A stretch of DNA of 64,000 nt from Squalus acanthias (Eukaryota), in the NCBI GenBank assembly GCA_030390025.1, contig JASTWF010000033.1:622001-686000 (forward strand), given 5' to 3'. The notes under the pieces are model-generated. The model saw only the letters and a program-made list of their open reading frames with translations. It ran no database searches and had not been told where the DNA came from. Positions within the stretch are counted from its first letter, which is position 1; every line of letters starts with the position of its first letter. This document shows positions 58,268-64,000 of the stretch, piece by piece. Both the position numbers and the translations under genes were made by a program.

Positions 58268-60905
58268 TCTAACGCTGGGCTCCCATGAGTGCACGGTGGT
58301 ATAGTGTTTATGTTATTAGGCTAGTATTCCAGACGCCTGGGATAATGATCTGGAGACGTGAGTTCACATCCCACCTCGGCAGCTGAGGAATTTAAATACA
58401 GTTAATTAAATAAAATCTGGAATAAAAAGCTAGTATCAGTAATGGTGATCATGAAAATATCAGATATTCGTAAAACCCCATCTGGTGCAATAATGTCCAT
58501 TAGGGAAGGAAATCTGCTGACCTTACCTGGTCTGGTGATATGTGACTCCAGACCCACTGCAATGTGCTTGACTCTGAAGGGTCCTCTGAAATGGAATAGC
58601 AAGTCACTCAGTTGAACCAAACCGCTACGAATAAGAATAAAACCGGGCGGAACTCCTGGCATGGACCTCGGCACTGGCATACCCAGCCCAGTCGAACCTG
58701 CCAAATCCTCCTCACGAACATTAGGGACTTTTGCCAAAATTGGGAGAGCTGTCCCACAGACTAGTCAAGCAACAGCGTGACACAGTCATACTCAGAGAAT
58801 CATAACTTTCAGCCAATGTCCTAGTCTCCTCCATCACCATCCCTGGATATGTCCTGTCCCACCAGAGGTGGGAGCACACTGGTATACATTCGGGAAGGCT
58901 TGGACCTGGGAGTCCTCAACATTGACTGGGAACCCCATGAAGTCTCATGGCTTCAGGTCAAGCATGGTCAATGAACCCGCCTGCTGATTACCACCTACCA
59001 CCCTTACTAAGCTGATGAGTGGAGCACCACTTGGAAGAAGCACTGAGAGTAGAAAATGCACAGAATATACACTGGGTGGGGGTCTTCAATGTCCATCACC
59101 AAGAGTGGCTGGGTAGCACCACTGCTGGCCGAATCCTGAAGGACATAGCTGCCAGTCTGTGCCGGCAGCAGGTGGTGAGAGAACTAACACGAGGGAAAAA
59201 TCTACTTGACCTCGTCCTGACAAATCGACCTATCGCAGATGCAGCAGTCCTTGATAGCAGTGGTTGCACTGCCCACCGCAATGTCATTGTGGAGATGAAG
59301 TCCCGTCTTCACACTGAGGACACCCTCCATCGTGTTGTGTGGCACTACCACCGTGCTAAATTCAAAATTCAGAACAGATCTAGCAATTCAAAACTGGGCA
59401 TCCATGAGGCGCTGTGGGCCATGAGCAGCAGCAGAATTGTATTCCACCACAATCTGTAACCTCATGGCCCGGCATATCCCTCAATTTCCCATTACCTTCG
59501 AGCCAGGGTACCAAACCTGGTTCAATAAGGAGTGCAGAAGAGTATGCGAGGAGAAACAGCAGGCGTACCTAAAAATGGGTTGCCAAACTGGGGAGCTGCA
59601 ACACAGGTACATGCAGGCAAAAGAGTGGAAGCAGCATGCTATAATCAGAGCAAAGCGATCCCACAATCAACGAATCAGATCAAAGCTCGGCAGTCCTGCC
59701 ACATCCAGTCGTGAATGTTGGTGGACCATTAAACAATTAACGGGAGGAGGAGGCTCCTTTATTATCCCCATCCTCAATAATGGCAGAGCCCAGCACGTGA
59801 GGGCAAAAGACAAGTCTGATGCGTTTGCAACCATCTTCAGCCAGAACAGTCGAGTAGATGATCCATATCGGCAGCCTCTTGAGGTTCCCCACCGTCACAG
59901 AAGCCAGTCTTCAGCAAATTCGAGTCACTCCACGTGATATCACGAAACGGCTTAGCCCACTGGATACAGCAAATGCTGTGGTACCCGACAACATCCCGGC
60001 TGTCGTGCTGAAGATTTGTGCTCCAGAAATAGCTGCGCCTCTAGCCAAGCTGTTCCAGTACAGCTGCAACACTGGCATCAGTACAGCTGCAACACTGGCA
60101 TCTGTTCGATAATGTGAAAAAGTGCCCAAGTATGTCCTGTCCACAAAAAGCAGGACAAATCCAATCCGGCCAATTACCGCCCGATCCGTCTACGCTCAAT
60201 GATCAGCAAAGTGATGGAAGTTGTCACCGACAGTGCTATCAAGCGGCGCTTACTCACCAATAATCTGCTCACCAAAGCTCAGTTTGGGTTCCGGCAGGAC
60301 CATTCGGCTGTATACCTCATTACAGCCTTGGTCCAAACACTGACAAAAGAGCTGAATTCCAGAGGAGAGGTCAGAGTGACTGCTCGTGACATCAAGGCAG
60401 CATTTGACCGAATGTGGCTTCAAGGAACCCTAGTAAAACTGAAGTCAATGGGAATCAGGGAGTAAAGTTTCCACTGGCTGGAGTCATACCTAGCACAAAT
60501 GAAGATGGCTGTGGTGGTTGGAAGTCAATCATCACAACCCCATGACATCGCTGCAGGTGATCCTCAGCTTAATGTCCTAGGCCCAACAATCGTCAGCTGC
60601 TTCAGCAATGACCTTCCCTCCATCATAAGGTCAGAATTGGGGATGTTCGCTGATAATTACACAGTTTTCAGTTCCATTCATAACTCCTCAGATAATGAAG
60701 CCGTCCATGCCCGCATACAGCAAGACCTGGACGACATTCAGGCTTGGCCTGATAAGTGGCAAGAAATGTCCACGTCACACAAGTGACAGGCAATGATTAT
60801 CTCCAACAAGAGACAGTTTAACCACCGCCCCTTGACATTCAAAGGCATTACCATCACTGAATATCCTACCTTCAATATGCTGGGGTTCACCGTTGAACAG
60901 AAACC
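58268..60905 (+). mobile_element. Zenon-like (CR1-group) LINE with tRNA-derived 5' head, single APE-RT ORF, 3' end missing
   Basis: SINE-type head at 58268-58630. Endonuclease (NIRGL..LGEL, IPGY, FNVHHQEWL, LDLVLTN) and RT (NYRP, QFGFR, DIKAAFDRMW, MFADN) remnants. Confidence 0.85.
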
Positions 60906-61054
60906 TGACTATGATGCTCTGCTCATTATAATAGATTGATCACTGTAGCCCAACGTACCCCCCGTCACCCCCCCCCCCCCAACCTTTTCATTATAAATGG
61001 CTCAACCCAGCTAGAAACATCTGGCTGAGGGGACGGGCCAGCATGGACTTCTTA

Positions 61055-62110
61055 TTACAACAACGTTCATTTATATAGCGCAATTAAATTAATAAAACTC
61101 CCCAAGGCGCTTCCAATGAGCGTAATCAGACACAAAGGGCTAAGGAGCCAAAGAAGGAGACACGTGGACAGGTGACCAAAAGCATGATCAGAGGTAGGTT
61201 TTAAGGAAAGTCTTAGCGGAGAGGAGAAATGCAGAGTTTCAGGGATGAAATTTCAATTTTTAGAGCGTATAAAACTAAAGGCACGGCTGCCAATGGTGGG
61301 GCGAAGAAAGTGGAGGACGCACAGGAGGAAATTTTGGCTCATCCTTGAATGGAGGGCAGACAAGCTAATTGCCAACACAGAGACAGTGGAGGAGTTAAGA
61401 GAGTTGGTGGTGAGGTAGAGTTGTGTGTCTTCAGCATACATGAGGAATCTGATGTTGCTTTTCCGGCTGATGTCGCTAAGGCCCAGCATGTAGATGCGAA
61501 ATAGAAGGATCAAAGAGTATAACCTTTGGGGTTAGAGGTAACGGTGCGAGAGCTCGAAGATACGCCATTGCAGGATATTCTCTGGCTCAGACTGCATAGA
61601 TAAGAATGGAACCAGACGAGGGCAATTCCACACAGCTGGAAAATGGAGGAGAGGCGTGGAGAAGTATGGTGTGTTCAACCGAGTCAAAGACGGGAAGAAT
61701 GAAGAGGGATAATACACCATGGTCAGAGTCACAGAGGATATAATTTGTGACTTCAATAAGGGCCGTTTCTGGTGCTTTGCAAAGGCAGAAACTTGATTGG
61801 AGAGATTCAAACAGGGAATTGTGGGAAAGATGGACAGGAATTTGGGAGGCTACAATAAGTTCAGGTAATTTGGATAGGAATATGCTGTTGGAGATGGGAC
61901 GGTAGATTGCAAAAGTCATCGGGGATCAAGGGTCGATTTGGCAGGAGGGAGTGATGGAGGCAGAGGTGAAAGGGAGAGGACAGTAACAGAGCAGAGGGAA
62001 CCGTTCACAATATTAGACAGCATGTGGCCAGGAAGAGAAAGTGGATGGTCAGCAGTTTTGTGGGAATGGGGTTTAGGCAGCAGGAGTTAGTTTTCGGTGA
62101 CAACATGAGC
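61055..62110 (-). mobile_element. L2-type LINE fragment(s)
   Basis: Minus ORFs with YRPISN..FLSKL.E and YAEDTQLYLTT; tail complement ACAACAAC..ATTTATATAGCG. Confidence 0.8.
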
Positions 62111-62284
62111 TTGGACCGTACACGGGGGGTAACAGGGGAATTCATGGGAATAAAGTAAGTGCATAATTAAATTACAGGACAGGTAAATTTAGCGGAAGGC
62201 AGCAAATCTTTAGTTAAAACAGAATAAAGGAGACTTTAGGGGAATACAACAATTGTTTACTTTTCAGTAGAATAACGGGATCGA

Positions 62285-62600
62285 TAGGGGAACACAGTAA
62301 TTGTGTAATTAGAGATAGAGGACAGGGTAATTTAGGGGTACACATTAACTGTGTAATTAGAGATAGTGGACAGGGTAATTTAGGGGAACACAGTAACTGT
62401 GTAATTAGAGATAGAGGACAGGGTAATTTAGGGGAACACAATAACAGTGTAATTAGAGATAGAGGACAGGGTAATTTAGGGGAACACAGTAACTGTGTAA
62501 TGAGAGATAGATGACAGGTGAAGTAAGGGGTACATGTTAACTTTTTAATTAGAAATAGAGGACAGGAGAATTTGGGAGAATGCTGTAACTGTTTAATTAT
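62285..62600. repeat. 48-bp minisatellite
   Basis: GGGGAACACAGTAACTGTGTAATTAGAGATAGAGGACAGGGTAATTTA repeated. Confidence 0.9.
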
Positions 62601-62729
62601 AAATGGGGACCAGCGGGAATCATAAACCATTTATTTAGAAGTAGGGAACATGGAAAGATAATAACCGTTTAATAACAAATAGAGGGCTCAGGAATGCCAG
62701 GAGAACACAACAACTGTTCAATAAGAATA

Positions 62730-62870
62730 GCAAAATAGAGCGGATGCTGGAATTCTGAAATAACAACAGAAAATGCTGGAACCACTCAGCAGATGAGCCC
62801 CAAATCGAGGAGAGAGAAACAGAGTCAACGCTTCGGATCGAACCCTTCGTCAGAATTGGAAAAAGTTGGT
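62730..62870. mobile_element. Probable Penelope-like element terminus
   Basis: GATGCTGGAATTCTGAAATAACAACAGAAAATGCTGGAA..CTCAGCAG..GACCC-like..TTCGTCAGAA pattern, recognised from memory as a common shark repeat end. Confidence 0.45.
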
Positions 62871-63460
62871 GAAGAGAGATTTTTAAGTAGTGGCTGTTTA
62901 AGTAGAAGCGAGGGCGAGAATCACAACCATATGGGATGGAATTTGACACGGTAATGTAATAGTTAACTTTGCTTCCTATTTTATTTTTGATTTTGGATGA
63001 TGTGGTTCATTACAAATCGACTTCTCACGATTGTAGCTGGGTGCAGATGCATCGCATCTGAGTCTGATGGAGTGAAAACCTCTGCCTGAAGCCTGACTGG
63101 TGCCTTAAGTACTGTTGGTCGTCTGACTCCAGTTAAATGAGAATGTGCCTGTTACACAGAATTACTCCAAACTCATAATCACTGCCCCAGAAGCTGAACG
63201 GCAGACGGATTGGCAAAGCCTGGGCTCCACGGAGACTTGTAACCAAGTGGAGTTTGGCTTTTACAGAAACTCAGGATCAAGTGGAACTTTGAAGAGTGAC
63301 GGTTAAAGAGGGCAGTTAATCACAATTAATAAATGAAGCTCATTCACAAAGTACTGAAGCTATTGTTAGCGAAAGGTTTTCAATCAGGTTCTTGAACATT
63401 GAAGTGAGGTGGCATAGGTATTTTAAGCACACAGTATATGTATTAGCAAATAAACATAAT

Positions 63461-64000
63461 GGCCCAGAAATTGATCTCGCTCTGTTCCCGCGGGGGTAAG
63501 CCTTCCCCGCGTATTCTCACCTCGCTTGTGCTTTTTCAGATCCAGCTCGCACGAACTTGATGTTCCAGACATCAGCTGTGCTGGGCTTGCGTATCCCAGC
63601 GGCGTAGTGAATTCGTGCGAGCTGTGGGATCACGTGACTCAGTTAGAGCCAATGGCAGCACACCATCTTCCATTCATAAGTCTCACAGCATGGCTGTGAA
63701 ATCTATGAATCTTACACACCCCCCAAAATAACAGCTAAACCTCAATTAAATTTAAAAAAAAACCATCACATTAATAAAATAAGTATAGTTAATTAAATTA
63801 ACCATTTTAAATAAAAAATTAAATTTTTGAAAAAATTTAAATCTTTTAAAAAGTTATAAAAATAAACTTACCTGTTTTTAAAGTCTCTAAAAAAGATATA
63901 CCTGTAAAAAAAAATTCAAAAAAATACTTAATTCGCTACTTACCTTCTTAAAAGCGGGTCTTACTCCTCCTTTTTACATTTCCAAAATCTTCCCTACTTA
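63461..64000. mobile_element. PIF/Harbinger-like MITE (truncated by window end)
   Basis: Highly similar to 30054-30590; preceded by AAT. Confidence 0.9.

Overview
Repeat-dense vertebrate genomic DNA. The repeat repertoire (CR1 LINEs with (TTCTTATG)n or (TTCTATGT)n tails, Deu-domain SINEs, a 67-bp minisatellite, GGGCC-ended MITEs) points to a cartilaginous fish, most likely a shark; this is an inference. The main element is a degraded but architecturally complete 11.9-kb endogenous LTR retroelement at 9267-21145 (+). It has ~1.2-kb LTRs, a tRNA-Ser-like PBS, a coiled-coil Gag joined in frame to pol through UGA-C, and a pol ordered PR-RT-degenerate RNase H-second retroviral RNase H-IN. Its env looks like a class I fusion (F-like) glycoprotein with an N-terminal Ig-fold signature. 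This fits a lokiretrovirus-like element better than a plain Gypsy. Its two LTRs and flanks do not match, suggesting a recombinant provirus. It lies between an orphan C-type lectin exon (9107-9212) and an 11-exon, multiply disabled pseudogene of an uncharacterised EHD/dynamin-like membrane GTPase (31499-58216, +). The rest is nested CR1/L2 LINEs, a tRNA-headed LINE with a derivative SINE, Harbinger-like MITEs and minisatellites. No intact host protein-coding gene is supported in this window.
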